Part shown: in pieces, positions 24,396 through 36,545 of the stretch | Layout of the letters: each line of letters opens with the position of its first letter | Numbering within the stretch: position 1 is the stretch's first letter | Assembly (NCBI RefSeq): GCF_009834535.1 | Contig: NC_045697.1 | Location: 62,312,001-62,376,000 of the forward strand | Reading direction: 5' to 3' | Length of the DNA: 64,000 bases | Source: Camelus ferus | Lineage: Eukaryota | Position numbers and translations under genes: made by a program | The notes under the pieces: model-generated | Told to the model about the DNA's origin: nothing | The model's input: only the letters and a program-made list of their open reading frames with translations | The model's database searches: none

Positions 24396-25989
24396 AAAGC
24401 AATGAAAAGGAACTAGTTACTGATACACGTAACTACACAGATGAATCTCAAAAGCACTGAGATCATGCTTTTGTGAAAGAAGTCAGATAAAAAAGATTCT
24501 ATTTATATATTATTCTGAAAAAGGCAAGCTAAGAGATATGAATGAGACCAGTGGTTGCCACAAGTGTGCGATGAGGGAAGTGGATTGACTTCAAAAGGGC
24601 ACAACAGAATTTTGGGGTGATGTAAATGATCTATATCTTGGTGGTGATAGCTACACGACTGTATACATTTCTCAAAATTCATAGACACAAACAACTTAGA
24701 AGGGCAAATTTTACTAAAAGCAAATTTACTTCAATAAACCTAAAACCTGGAAAAATTTAACTATAAACAATAGAAACTCCTTTTTCTTTGTAGTGGTGTT
24801 TTGGTTATTTGCATTATTTTGGTAAGTGTTCAAAATCTTTTCACAAAATGTTATTTCTAAGAATGTTGGTTTTCCTCCTGATAGTGTCTACCAATTTATA
24901 ATAAGAAGTCATTTCCTATCCTTAAAGCTGTTCTGTTCAACAGGAATTTATCAAGTGCCTTCTCTGTTTAAGGCATAAAGGTGGTGAGAGAGTGAACGGT
25001 AAGTAAAGAAGTATAAAGTAGGTTTTAACCTTCACCATCTTGTGATCTAGTTGAGGGAAAAAAACATACCCTGCTTCAGTAAAAGCACAAATAGTAAGAG
25101 CTTTTAGAGTTTGGAGGTGAAGTGGCTTTTAGGTAGGCAAAGCTTCAAGGAAAAGGTGGAGGATGAATTTCAGGAAACTAAGCAGCCCATGGGCATAGTT
25201 TATAAAGAGTCAAAAGTCTAGATATCAGTTACCTTAAGGTCATTCCTAATGTGTCATCCCAAGAGGCAGGGAGGCTGCTCCTCTGCTGAAAGATGAAGAG
25301 CCAGAAGGGATGCAGGAAAGTCAAGTAAAGCAGATTGGCCAGCCAGCTGAGATTGGAGTAAATCAAGACTGAAGATGAAGTGCTTGGCATCCGTCTAGAA
25401 CAGACACTTTTAAGTATGGGCTTGGCTTGTTCCAACGAGGTCTTACATAAGCAGTGATGAAGTCTTTCTGAAAAACAAAACCAGACCACTACAATCCAAT
25501 CACAACTGTGGTCGTCACACTATCAAACCTCAATCAAATCAAGTATATTGATTTGGGCGAAAATAAAATCTAAATTCCTGTATTATACTCAAAAGATAGA
25601 ATGTTTCCATAAGAGGCTAGTCTGCAATATAATCCAGAAAAGAGGAAAATGAAGGAGGGACATTGGCACTGTTTACCTAACACTGTGCACAGAGCATTGA
25701 GACATCTAATCTGGCAGACAGGAATGTATAATCTAGGCTTAGCATAAGGATAGTTCAGATTTTTTATAGCTCAGAGTAGATATCAAGATTATCTTTCCTG
25801 ACATTAAGTTGATGCTCACAAAATATATACCTCATCCATACATTGATTTCAAGTGGCAATTAAGTCATTTATCACCTGGTGTTCTAATTTTTGCATCGCC
25901 TCCAACGATTTTCCTTTTTCTTGCCCTCACTTTCTGGGCTCCAGCTACACATGCCAGGCATAGTGCTGTTTTAAGGCATTTGTAGGTGT

Positions 25990-26348
25990 TTTTAAATTAA
26001 GGTTCTTGAAATGAGTAGATCATTCTGGATTATCTGAGTGTGTCCTAAATCTAAAGACAGGTGTCCTTAAAAGAGACACTCAGAGGAGAAAACAGAGAAG
26101 GCAATGTGAAGACTGAGGCACAGATTGGAGTGATGTAGCCACAAGCGAAGGAAGCTGGCAACCACCAGCAGCTAGAAGAGACATAAAAAAGATTCTCTCC
26201 CCAGGGGCCATTCAGAGGGAGCATGGCTCAGCTGACACCTTGATGTTAAACTTCCAGCCTCTAGATAAAATTGTGAGAGAATATGTTTCTCTTGTTTGAA
26301 GCCACCTAGTTGTGGCAATTTGCTACAGCAGCCCTAGAGACTAATACA
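25990..26348 (+). mobile_element. MaLR MLT1-type LTR fragment
   Basis: gacaccttgatgttaaacttccagcctctag...aagccacctagttgtgg...gcagccctagagactaataca. Confidence 0.8.
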
Positions 26349-27364
26349 TTGCATGATGTCATCTATGTAACATTCTCAAACTGATAAAATTAAAGAAATG
26401 GAGAATAGATCAGACATGACCAGGTATTAAGAATGGGGTGTGTGTGCATTTGATGGGGTGGGAAGGAGGCTTGTGAATATAAAGCTACACCACAAAGGAG
26501 ATCCTTGTGGTGATATAATAGTTCTGTATGTATGTAAATGTGATTAATCTGAATAAGGTCTGTGGATTGTAACAATATCAATTTCCCTGTTTTGATATTG
26601 TACCATAATTATATAAAATATTGTTACTGGAGGAAAGTGGAAGATGGGGGATACTGGATTCCACTGTACTATTTTTGCAACTTCCTGTGAATTTATAATT
26701 ATTTTAAATTGAAAACTTTAAAGAATTAATTTCACTTGTTTTTTTTTTTAAACTTCTTTGTTATGACTGCTAGAAAAATTGTAACTACATATATGGCTTG
26801 TACTATATTTCTATTTGACCAGTGCTTCCCTAGAATGTGATTTCCCCTTCATAGATCTACACAAGGGGCTGAGTGACCTCCTTGCCCTGAAATGTCAGCC
26901 TGACCTTCTATAATTGCAGTAAAAACAATACAAATCTGAGAATTAGAGTGATAATAGGAGGGGAAATACAAGCTGAGTCAGACACACCTGGGTGGAATCC
27001 TGGCATTGCCACTTAGGGTCAGACCTCAGAAAGTCCCTTGACTTCTCTCAGCCTGCATCTCTTAGTCCGGAGACTCAGAATGATATTGCCTTCTGGTTAA
27101 GACTAAGGTGAGGACAAAGCAGGGTCACAGATGGAGAAACCCCTGCAGAATGCCTGGCAGAGCGCTCAGTAAATGTCAGTTCTTTGCCATTCTCTTCTAA
27201 GTTTCTCAAGCCACATTAGGTTCAAGAAAGAAAAAGAGGAGGGAAGTGATCATTGGGCACCATCTTAGATGCAGTCTGCCCTGCAGTGGAAGTACATTAT
27301 TGCTTAGAGATGCTTTCAGGACTTGATTTCATTCACTGCTCATGATAATCCCGATAATGTAAAT

Positions 27365-27776
27365 TGTCACTGTCAATTATTAACCTTCCGAAAGACTGCC
27401 AGGAAAATTTGCTGATTAAGCAAAGCTAAGTTTATTAGGGTACTACAGAGAGAGGGAAACAGCACCTTAACAATCAGAGGAGGATATTTATAGGGTTTTA
27501 GGCCCAGGTTGCATGACTCTAAGCAGGTCTGGCAAGGCAGGGAACTCACTGGGAATAGGCAGAGTTTATAGCATTGGTGAGCAAAGTAAGGCGAGGGGCT
27601 TGAAACAAGTATTAATGGGAAAGTTGCTAATTTTGATAAGTAAACTATTTTATTTGGTCCATAGCATCATCTTCTAGGAGCAAGAATTTCATAGAGCAAA
27701 TAGCTAAATTATTTTAGCCTCATCCCAGAATTATTTAACCCAGAGACAAGAAAGAAAGCTAGTTTCAATTCTCACA
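27365..27776 (-). mobile_element. Solo LTR-like element
   Basis: Minus strand TGTGAGAATTGAAAC...CA with internal TATA-like and AATAAA motifs. Flanks taaat/gaaat. Confidence 0.6.
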
Positions 27777-28911
27777 GAAATTTTTAAATACACACTAAAT
27801 GATTAGATTAACAACTCACAGTACATCAATAAGATACTGTGCAGCCATTAAATATGGTAATTATTAAAAGTACCCAAAGATATGTCTATATTATATGTTT
27901 ATGATATAATGTTAAATGAAGAAATCAGATGAAATATTAACTTACATGGCCATGACAATGTAAAAATATCTGAACATGTGGAAGAAAATATGTTTAGAAA
28001 ATAATGCTAGAATATTGATGTGAAGAATGTCTCAAGATCCTATCAGGAAAGTGAACCCATTTCTAAGTATTTAAAACAGGAAATCTGAGGCAAAGGATTC
28101 TTTGCAGAAGTGATGTGATTGTTTAGAAGCCAAAAGGGCATCCAAAGAGTTAGAGACACACAACAGGAGTTGGAACCACTGTGGCCTGTTTAGTAGAACA
28201 TGGAGTCATGGAGGAATTGGAGTGAAGGAGGACACCACTGTCCTTCCCAAAACATTTCCCAGGACAGCGGGAGAAGAAAAATACCTGACTTCTCCCTTCC
28301 TGACTGCTCCAGTGTATGCCAGTGTTTCCCATTAGCCAACCCAGGCAGCTGCTGGCTTACCAGAAGCCTAGGAAATAAAGCTGGCAAAGGCCAGGTGCCT
28401 TCAGATGCAGAGGAGCACAGGAGATCAGGGACTAGATCTGAGGCCCCAATGAGAACTTTTCACCTGCTTTGAAAATGTTTATTTGCTGGTGTTCCACTGC
28501 TTTTTCAGTTCTAAGCAGGGGAAAAAATGTAGATAAATTAATAATCTTCATAAAGAAATCATACATAAGCAGTCTCATACACCGTAGGTTGCAGTATAAA
28601 TCAGTATTACAGATTGGGAGGGTAATTTGGCTAGACTTTTGAAGACTTTATTGTGCATATCTTTTGTCCCAGCACCTCTGCTTCTAAGAACTTACAGAAA
28701 TATTTGCAAAATTTGCAAAAAAAAAAAAAAATATATATATATATAAGAATGGTAAATGCAGGGCTATTTGCAATCATAAATAACTGAATAGTCCAAAGGC
28801 CCATCAATAGGAACTGGTTTTGGATATAGTCATAGACACATAGTTTCTAAAAGGGACCAACTAGAACTGTATACTGCTATAAAAAGATATCTAAAGTAAC
28901 TTGTGCAATTT

Positions 28912-29164
28912 TTATTTTTTTGTATATATATTTTTATTGAAGTATAGTCAGTTTACAATGTTATGTCAATTTCTGGTGTGCAGCATAATGCTCTACATGA
29001 ACAGATACATTCATTTTCATATTCTTTTTCACCATAAGTTACTACATACATGAACAGACATATATTTGTTTTCATATTCTTTTTCACCATAAGTTACTAT
29101 AAGATATTAAATATATTTCTCCGTGCTATACAGTATGAACTTGTTGTTTGTCTATTTTATATCA
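28912..29164 (-). mobile_element. L1 3' end with an internal ~55-bp tandem duplication
   Basis: tttattgaagtatagtcagtttacaatg... TSD tgcaattttt. ttttcatattctttttcaccataagttacta occurs twice. Confidence 0.82.
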
Positions 29165-29432
29165 TGCAATTTTTACAAAGTAGGTTTCAGAACAGATCAT
29201 ACATATGAGCCAGTTTTTAATTTTTTTAAAGGATATATTTTGGTATGAAAAAATGTCTGGAATAACTCAAACTACTTAAGGTGATTTGGGAAGTAGGTTG
29301 ACAAGAGATTTCTGCTTCCAAATAATAATTTTAATGCTAATTGAATTTTTTATTATAATAAGTATTATTATTTTAAAAACCAAAACACACATGGTCAATC
29401 CTGCAAATGCCTTATACATTAGTTGGCCTAGG

Positions 29433-29769
29433 TAGGACTGTCTCAACTTTGGCACTGACATTTCAGGCTGGATAATTCTTCATTTTGGGGCACTGTCCTT
29501 ATATTCTAGGATGTTACCAGTATCCTGGCCTCTACCTTCCAGATGCTAGAAGCATCCCTCCCGCTTAGTTGTGACGCCAGTTACTGGAAATGACTCCGAG
29601 TAATATGGTTGCCTTACACAGCAACACAATTACATTTTAATTTCAAATAAACAGCAAATAATTTTAATAAGTATGCCATATGTAAAATTTTCATGTTGTA
29701 TCCTATAATTTTATTTGATAATCTGGCTACTCTAACTGGGGTGCAAATTGCTCTGGTTGAGACCCACTG
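29433..29769 (+). mobile_element. MER20-like hAT MITE with an internal insertion (MER53-like)
   Basis: tctcaactttggcactgacattt...gctggataattctt...ggttgagacccactg. 8-bp TSD ggcctagg/gtcttagg. Confidence 0.75.
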
Positions 29770-30737
29770 GTCTTAGGTGTTGCACTGCTTCATTGCTTTG
29801 ACTCTTCTGAAGAGCAGTCTTCCTACAGAATACTCCACTTCTTTGTCCCTCTCTTCATCATGAAATAGGCACAGCCAGTGGGCTGATTGGGAGCCTATAA
29901 AAACCCAAGAGATTTTCCTATTCCATCTCTTACACTGTCTGCCACCAAACAATCAATAGTATCTTCCAGAAAATCTCCTCATCCAAACTAAGCCCCACAG
30001 TATTTTTCTGAAAGAATTCCTGGACCAGATAGTTTTGTGTAGAAAGTACAAATCATGTACTTCTGTTCTGCTATGATTATTTCTAAACCAGATCAGCCAC
30101 CCCTACAAATACATTATGTTGACTTAATTCATAAATTTAGCATTTATTGTTACTATATTTTTAAAAAACCTTATAGAGTAGATTTTTCTCACTTCCCAAG
30201 AAATCCTGAGTATGCGAAAAGCTGAGAAATCATAACTAAAAAATTAGTTACTTACACTCAAATATTTTTAAGAAGAAAAATATTAAATTATTACATAGAT
30301 AGATAGATGTGGGTGCATTTGAAGATGATTGGTAGGTAGCATCTTGAAAAGCAAGAATGTGTGAGGCCTAGAAGTCCTAGGCAGTTCTTGCCCAGAATTT
30401 CTAAGGAGAGACATAGATTGTTTACTTATGCTGGGGAAAAAGAATTTTAAAAAAAAACCCTAAAATTGATTTGGGGAGGTTACTATATTAAACTTACATC
30501 ATCTCATTCTAAAAGGATCCCCCAAATTGGATGAAGGGTGGAAAAAACTTTAATTTTCTATTTTGTATGCTCCCAAAATGTTCCAACTCTTTGAAAGTAC
30601 AAAGGGATGTGTTGTTTTATAATTTAGAAAATAAGAATTTTTAAAGTATTTTTAATTATGGCACATCTTACAATACTATGTTTGGGGGAGTGAAAATTGA
30701 TACAACATTTTTGGAGAATGAGTTGGCATTGTCATAA

Positions 30738-30784
30738 TACACACACACACACACACACACAACACACACACACACACACACACA
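30738..30784. repeat. Interrupted (CA)n microsatellite
   Basis: Seen directly. Confidence 0.95.
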
Positions 30785-31687
30785 GAGAAGGCTTTTGATC
30801 TAACAACACCTCCCACTGTATTGATATATGTAAGAATGTTCAGTCCAGTGTTTTTAATAAAATTAGTGGTCAAACTATCAACCAGGATTATTTTGTGGAA
30901 TGGGCTTATAGGATGTACTTTCACTTTCTACAATGTGCATTTCTATATTATGCAACTTATAATGTTACATTTAAATGATAGGGCTCAAATTTGTTTATGA
31001 ACTGCTTCATTCACTCAACAATTATTTGGTATTTACAATGTGTGAGCCATACTCCTTTGAATCTTCCCTCACTGACGTTAAGAGTGGGATGAAAAAAAAA
31101 TTTTAATGGAGAGAAAATAAGATGACTGACTGAATGTTTTCTAGGACCAAGGAATCTATGTGGTGCAGAAAGACTGGGTAAGATAAAATAGATAGATAAA
31201 ATAGAGGGTACTATTTGAAGAGTTCCTTGATCACTGTCTTCAGGAAGGCCTGCCACACCAGCTACTTTGGAATGAAACTAATATCTAAAGTTAATTCCTT
31301 TAACTGTCAACCACCAACCTCCAAGACCCAGAGATTTCAGACTGAAGATCAATAGGATTACTTCTCCACTCATCCATCTTCCATGTAATTGTTTTAGTGA
31401 ATATAAACTGTTACCTTTGCTTTCTATATTTGGAAGCTATTAAATGAGCAACAATTCCCGGCTTAAATAAAACAAACTCAGAACTCTTTCAAGTTTATTT
31501 TCAACATGTAGTATAAATCATAAATAGACAATTATGTGGTCACCCTTAGTGGTTTTTGCAGACAGCTGTGATGACATTGATTACTCAATTTCAAGGAAGA
31601 GTTAAGAAAAAATAACATTCAGTGATCAGGGAATGTGGGACCAACACTGACTCACTTTGTTCTCACAACAACCCCTTTATAAGAAGT

Positions 31688-32111
31688 ATTGATAAAGATA
31701 ATTGGTATATGGGAACCCAGAAAATGGAGGCCACCCCCGCGGCCCAGCCCTAGGTCACAAATCTAAACAGTAAGTCAGCCTGCATGTACAGGAAATGCCT
31801 CACTGTCAAGGAAACCTAACACACACCAATAAATATTCCAACTCAGCTTTAGCTAGCTCACCTTACCCTGGAAAATAGGACCTGCTAGGCTTATAAAGGA
31901 ACCCACCCCACCTCCCAACCTCTTAGCCAACCATGCCCTTTTTCCTGTTGCCTGTTCTAAGCTCTGTAAAAAACTCACTTTTGTCCAAAGTCCCTCAGGA
32001 AGAGTGCTTTTCTGCTTGTGAGGCACTGTACTCCCCAATCCATGGATTGTTTTCCTTTGAATAGAGGACATCAAACTCATTGTTAGCTTGCATTATTTTT
32101 GTCATTTGACC
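31688..32111 (+). mobile_element. Solo LTR-like element inserted into a MIR
   Basis: LTR-like layout ending tgtcatttgac. MIR core continues on both sides (ctcacaacaaccc...cccattttacaga). Confidence 0.55.
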
Positions 32112-33334
32112 TTATAGACTCCCATTTTACAGAAGATTCAAAGAGACCTTACGTGTCTTGCCCCAGGCAAGTGCCATGGAGTCCAGCAATCTGGCATTAT
32201 CTCTGACTATGGCAATCAGTCCAAATACCATTCAGCTGAGTCTCCCAGGCTGGGACCCAGAGGGCGCCATGTGAGTATGGGAGCCTCGGGAAGCTCTGGA
32301 ATGGTTTCCATTGCTAAACTCAAGGCCTTGAATTTGCACCTATGCCCCAGTTTTAAAGCACTGCTTCTTAGAAAACTGCTTCTTATAACATTTTCAAATG
32401 TACAAAGTAGAGATAATAGTATAATTAAGTTCTTATAACCATAACTTAGTAAAGCACTGTTTTTTAAAAAAATTCACAAACTTGCTGAGGCAAATAAGGA
32501 GGTCTATGAAAAAAGGCAGAACGTGAAAAATGCACACTTGATTTGTAGTTCCAGCTCTGCTATGAATAAGCTGTGTAGCATTAAATAATTCATGGTGCTG
32601 CTCTGGGACTTGGTTTCCTTGTTGTCTGAGACATAAAACTTGGAAACTGGAAGGGATTTTTGGAGACTTCCAAGGCCTTACGTCCTATAATTTGATTCTA
32701 AATTCTGTCATTCAGTCTATCTACACCAGTTAAGCCACTAGTACCTCTAGTCATGGCTGATGCCTGTTTGCCCATTCCTGCTCCTCTACATTCCATTCTT
32801 CATCCAGAGGCCTTAAAAGGTCAACTTAAAAAAAAAGTCAACTTTAAAAAATGTAAATAAGATCACCTGAGCACATTGTTCCTCTGCTAAAATTCCCTCA
32901 GTGCCTTCATATTTCTTTTAGGGCCATGTTTGAGCTGCTTAATAAGTCCTATAAGGAGCTGCCAGACCTGGGCTGCTACCTCTCCTCTCACCACACTGGC
33001 TATTTCCGGTCTCAGAAGACCTCCACATGCTGTTCCAACCACCTGGAAGGTTCTTCTGGGCCTCAGCACCTATGCCTGTCCCAACACAGACACACTCTAC
33101 TTGGGCAACTTGTTCTCATTCTTCAGGGATCTGCTAAAATGTCACATCCTCCAGGAAGCATCATCTGAACGACAAATCCTAGTAAGACTGTATGTGCTCT
33201 GTTAGCACTTGATGCTTGGATGTTATGGCCCTTAGCACCATTTATTTAACTATGCATGGCAGCCAATGATATCCATTAAAGATGGGCCTAATCCAGGCTG
33301 GGCCAGGATAGGCCTATTGGAGGAGAAGTGACAC

Positions 33335-33930
33335 TGTAAGCAGATAGGGTAGGAGGTCCACTGAAAAAGAGAACCAGGAATGGCTTTCTTGACATAAGAA
33401 AAACTATTTTGGCCTAAGCCATTTTGTGATCTAAGCCTGGCCACAATGCTTGCCCTTGAACAGGTCTCAGTAATTAATGATCTTAAGGGAAATGAGGGAA
33501 GGCAGGAACAAAGGAAAAGTAGTCAAGAAGAAGCAGTTCAGCAATGAAACACAGTCCTAGTGCCTCCTCAAGGGCTCTACATAACAGTCTGATATATATC
33601 TTTGAGTTCTGCAGGAACCAGACCCCACAGGCAGGAGGGTGGAATGATGTTGACCTTTTCTGACCCTCAGTGACTTCAATCAACTAAAGCTTGGATCTTT
33701 GCCCCAATTCTATGCTGAATTCTCCTCTGCTCAAGCCCCTTCATGAGTATGCATATATTCTTAGCTTAAAACTTCACCAATTTTGCTGTTTGGGGAGACA
33801 CTCCTTTGGGAAAGATCCCTGGCTTTCTTACTTGCTGCAGATAATAAATCTGTACCTCTCCCAGTCTTTGGCTTGGTCGTGTCTTTTGGGTCAACATCCA
33901 CCAAGAGGCAAACCCAGTTTTTGAGTAACG
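33335..33930 (+). mobile_element. ERV solo LTR (family A, copy 2)
   Basis: Shares long blocks with copy 1, e.g. ccttgaacaggtctcagtaattaatgatcttaagggaaa. Confidence 0.82.
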
Positions 33931-35897
33931 ACTTTGTGGAGGAAATCCATTCAATGTGCTGTTGGAAGGGTTTCACAGAGGGAGGGAAACTGTCTCAGTG
34001 ACTTTTTAGGAATATTCAGATGCTGACATTCCCATTTGATATTATGCCAGAATAACTTGGCCTGTGGTCAGGTACCATCCATCTTATCCCATCCCTTGAA
34101 TGGGTGGTGAGCAGAGTAACTATTGGTCAGTCCCAAGTTAAACTCGGTTAATAAATGAGTAGGAACTAGTAAGCCTCTCCTCTTTTTTTTTTCTTTTTAA
34201 GGAGGAAAGTGGGAATTGCAACTAAGGTGGTAGACTGTTCCTTAATTTAAGCTGCAAAACTGAAGTATAACCTTTTTTTTTTTTTCTTTTAAGAATAATC
34301 ACGAATATTTTCCAGGTCATCTTGATCTTGGAGTCCAAATAAAATGAGTCATTTACACCTAGAGATAAATTTTAGCCCAATCATTGACAATCATTATTTT
34401 ATGGTAGTCCTGTAATTTAGTTTTATTTTATTAATTTTTATAAATATGAATTTAAATACTAAAGTATTGCATAATTTATAAATATTAGATTCTGTATTTT
34501 TTTGTGATTCACAACTAATCAGAAGCAAACTTGTAGAAAATAAGTATTTCAGAAATGTACAATTTGAAAACTAAAATCATGTATATCACTCATGCTCAAG
34601 AATTAATGTTAATAGTTATATAGTTAAAGCTTTTTTCTAACCATATACAATATACTTATAAAACACGTTTTTAAACTAAAATTATTACATACTGTCCTGA
34701 AATTTTTCCTTTAATATCTTGAACCTGTCATTATATGCAGATCTGCCTAGTTCTTTTTAATAATTTTTCAGAATTCCATTTATTAAAATTTTAAAGTATT
34801 ACAAAACCAAAATTAAGTATTTGCACACTGAAATTGTCTTCTTCATGTTGTAGAAATGAAATACATTTATATATCATGTTAACTGGTTTGTGTCTCCTAG
34901 GCATATTCCAGTAAAATTTGCTCAGACATAAAACCCACCAAATCCATATACGTGTCAAATTGATTTTCTTGGAAGCAAATTCTCCAAAGTAGGGTTCTAG
35001 GAGGATAGAAAAAATCAGTATGGAAGAAATAAAGAGGGTGTTTCACAAACCTGTTTATTTGATGCATTTATGACAGGTAGTTTGAGAAATACAATAAATT
35101 TTTCCCCCCCATTTACAGGAGAAAGATCTTTAACTGAAGATAAGGGTTTTGGTAGAATAGATAAACTGAAGAACATTGGTTTGCGCATGCCTTCAGAGTG
35201 ACTTCTAAGACTCCACTAGAATTGGTTTAATCCAGAGAAGAATTCCAACCCCACCTCCTGCTTTAAATACTACAGGGAAAAACCTGTTTGAAAAGAATCA
35301 TATTTTCTTTACAGATTGACATATTTTGCTGAAATTTCTTTATTGTTTAGGAGTTTTTCTTTAAGTGTTACAGCAGTTTGGATTCTAGTTTCTCTGCCAG
35401 GAGAAACAATAGGGCTTAAAAGCAGGAGCAGGAGAATGACCAGATCTGATTCTGTTTGTAAAAGGTCACTTTGTGGAAAATAAAAAAGTTAAATAAAAAT
35501 GAGTAAATAAAAACAAAAAGTCACTTTGGTGGATTTGAGGGAATGGATTACAGGGAAGAGTAGCAGCCTAAGTGAGGTTTTATAAACAGTGCCCGAAGGT
35601 CAAGTTATTTCTTGCTCAGAAGCCTTCATCTCAGTAAAACCAAAGGCTCTTCAGTGCTCAGTCCCCTTTCCCAACTTCTTTCCTCCAGCATCTCCCACCC
35701 AGTCCTTGGGGGCTTAACTAGGGCAGGAGTTTTAGTGTTTTATTCATTACTATAGGGCCAGTGCTTAGCAGGGCTTCCTGTGACCATGCTGATACTACTG
35801 TTTTTTGAGTGAATGGTTCTTTGGTTTTAGGATAAATTCAAAAATTCTTAACCTGGTAACAAAGCCCTATCTGGGGTCCACTGTCACAGCCTCATTT

Positions 35898-36545
35898 TGA
35901 GACAGGAGGAAAGGGGGCAGGGCACAACTATTGAAAGAAATGACACAACACTTAGCACAAAGATAGGGGAAGAATTAACTCCCAGTATACCCTGAGACCC
36001 AAGATTGTGGGAGATTCAACTTCCAGTAGATCTTGAACTTCATTATATGCTCATTGTAATACATGGTAAATGGCACTCCCATTGCAACAGGACAGTTCTG
36101 AGGTTAACCATAAAAGGTTAAAAATTGGGCAGTGGCCCAGTTCCTAGGAATCCCAGCCCCTTCTCCAAATTATTTGGAATAATCCTCCCACTTGTTAGCA
36201 TACAAAGTTAGCCCATAAAAACTAGCAACAACGCACCCCAAGGGCTCTCCCTCTCTTGCCTTCGGAGATGGACTGCACTTAGTCTATGGAGTGTGTATCT
36301 ACTTTTACTTTAAACTAACCACCCACCTCCACCATGCCTTGTGGCTTCTCTGGCCTTCTGAAACAGTCTGCTCTCTGTCTATGGAGTATGTATTTCTCTG
36401 AAAAAGTCTACCTTCACTCCACTAGGCTCACTCTTGAATTCTTTTCTGTGCGAAGCCAAGGATTTCATTTGGCAGGGAATGTCCCAGGGACTCACCCGAG
36501 ATCTGGGAGATGACCATCCTCTTCCACCCCATTTTTCCTATATCA
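35898..36545 (+). mobile_element. ERV solo LTR (family B)
   Basis: TGAGACAGGA...ATCA with near-TSD attt/atct. Homologous to 57303-57935. Confidence 0.82.

Larger units (their letters stand above)
22930..24745 (+). mobile_element. Old L1 3' fragment hosting two solo LTRs
   Basis: L1 motifs (agaatggctaaa, tggaaaacagt, atacaatggaat, gaatctcaaaagc, tacttcaataaa) continue across both LTR insertions. Confidence 0.75.
18736..30330 (+). pseudogene. Candidate decayed LRR-Roc-COR (ROCO, MFHAS1-like) unitary pseudogene interrupted by transposons; boundaries approximate
   Basis: Hand-translated plus-strand LRR remnants at 18736, 19082, 19203, 19982-20094, 20230, 20404-20504, 24818-24897 and 25209-25660 (three Asn residues 23 aa apart). 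Roc-like motifs follow at 25773-25848, 27212-27310 and 28505-28540. COR-like segments at 29398-29433 and 29773-29990. Many stops and frameshifts. Confidence 0.65.

Noticed and set aside
23041..33930. Two same-orientation family A LTRs about 10 kb apart read as one provirus
   Set aside because: No PBS, PPT or gag/pol/env between them, and the first LTR sits inside an L1 that continues on both sides. They are independent solo LTRs.
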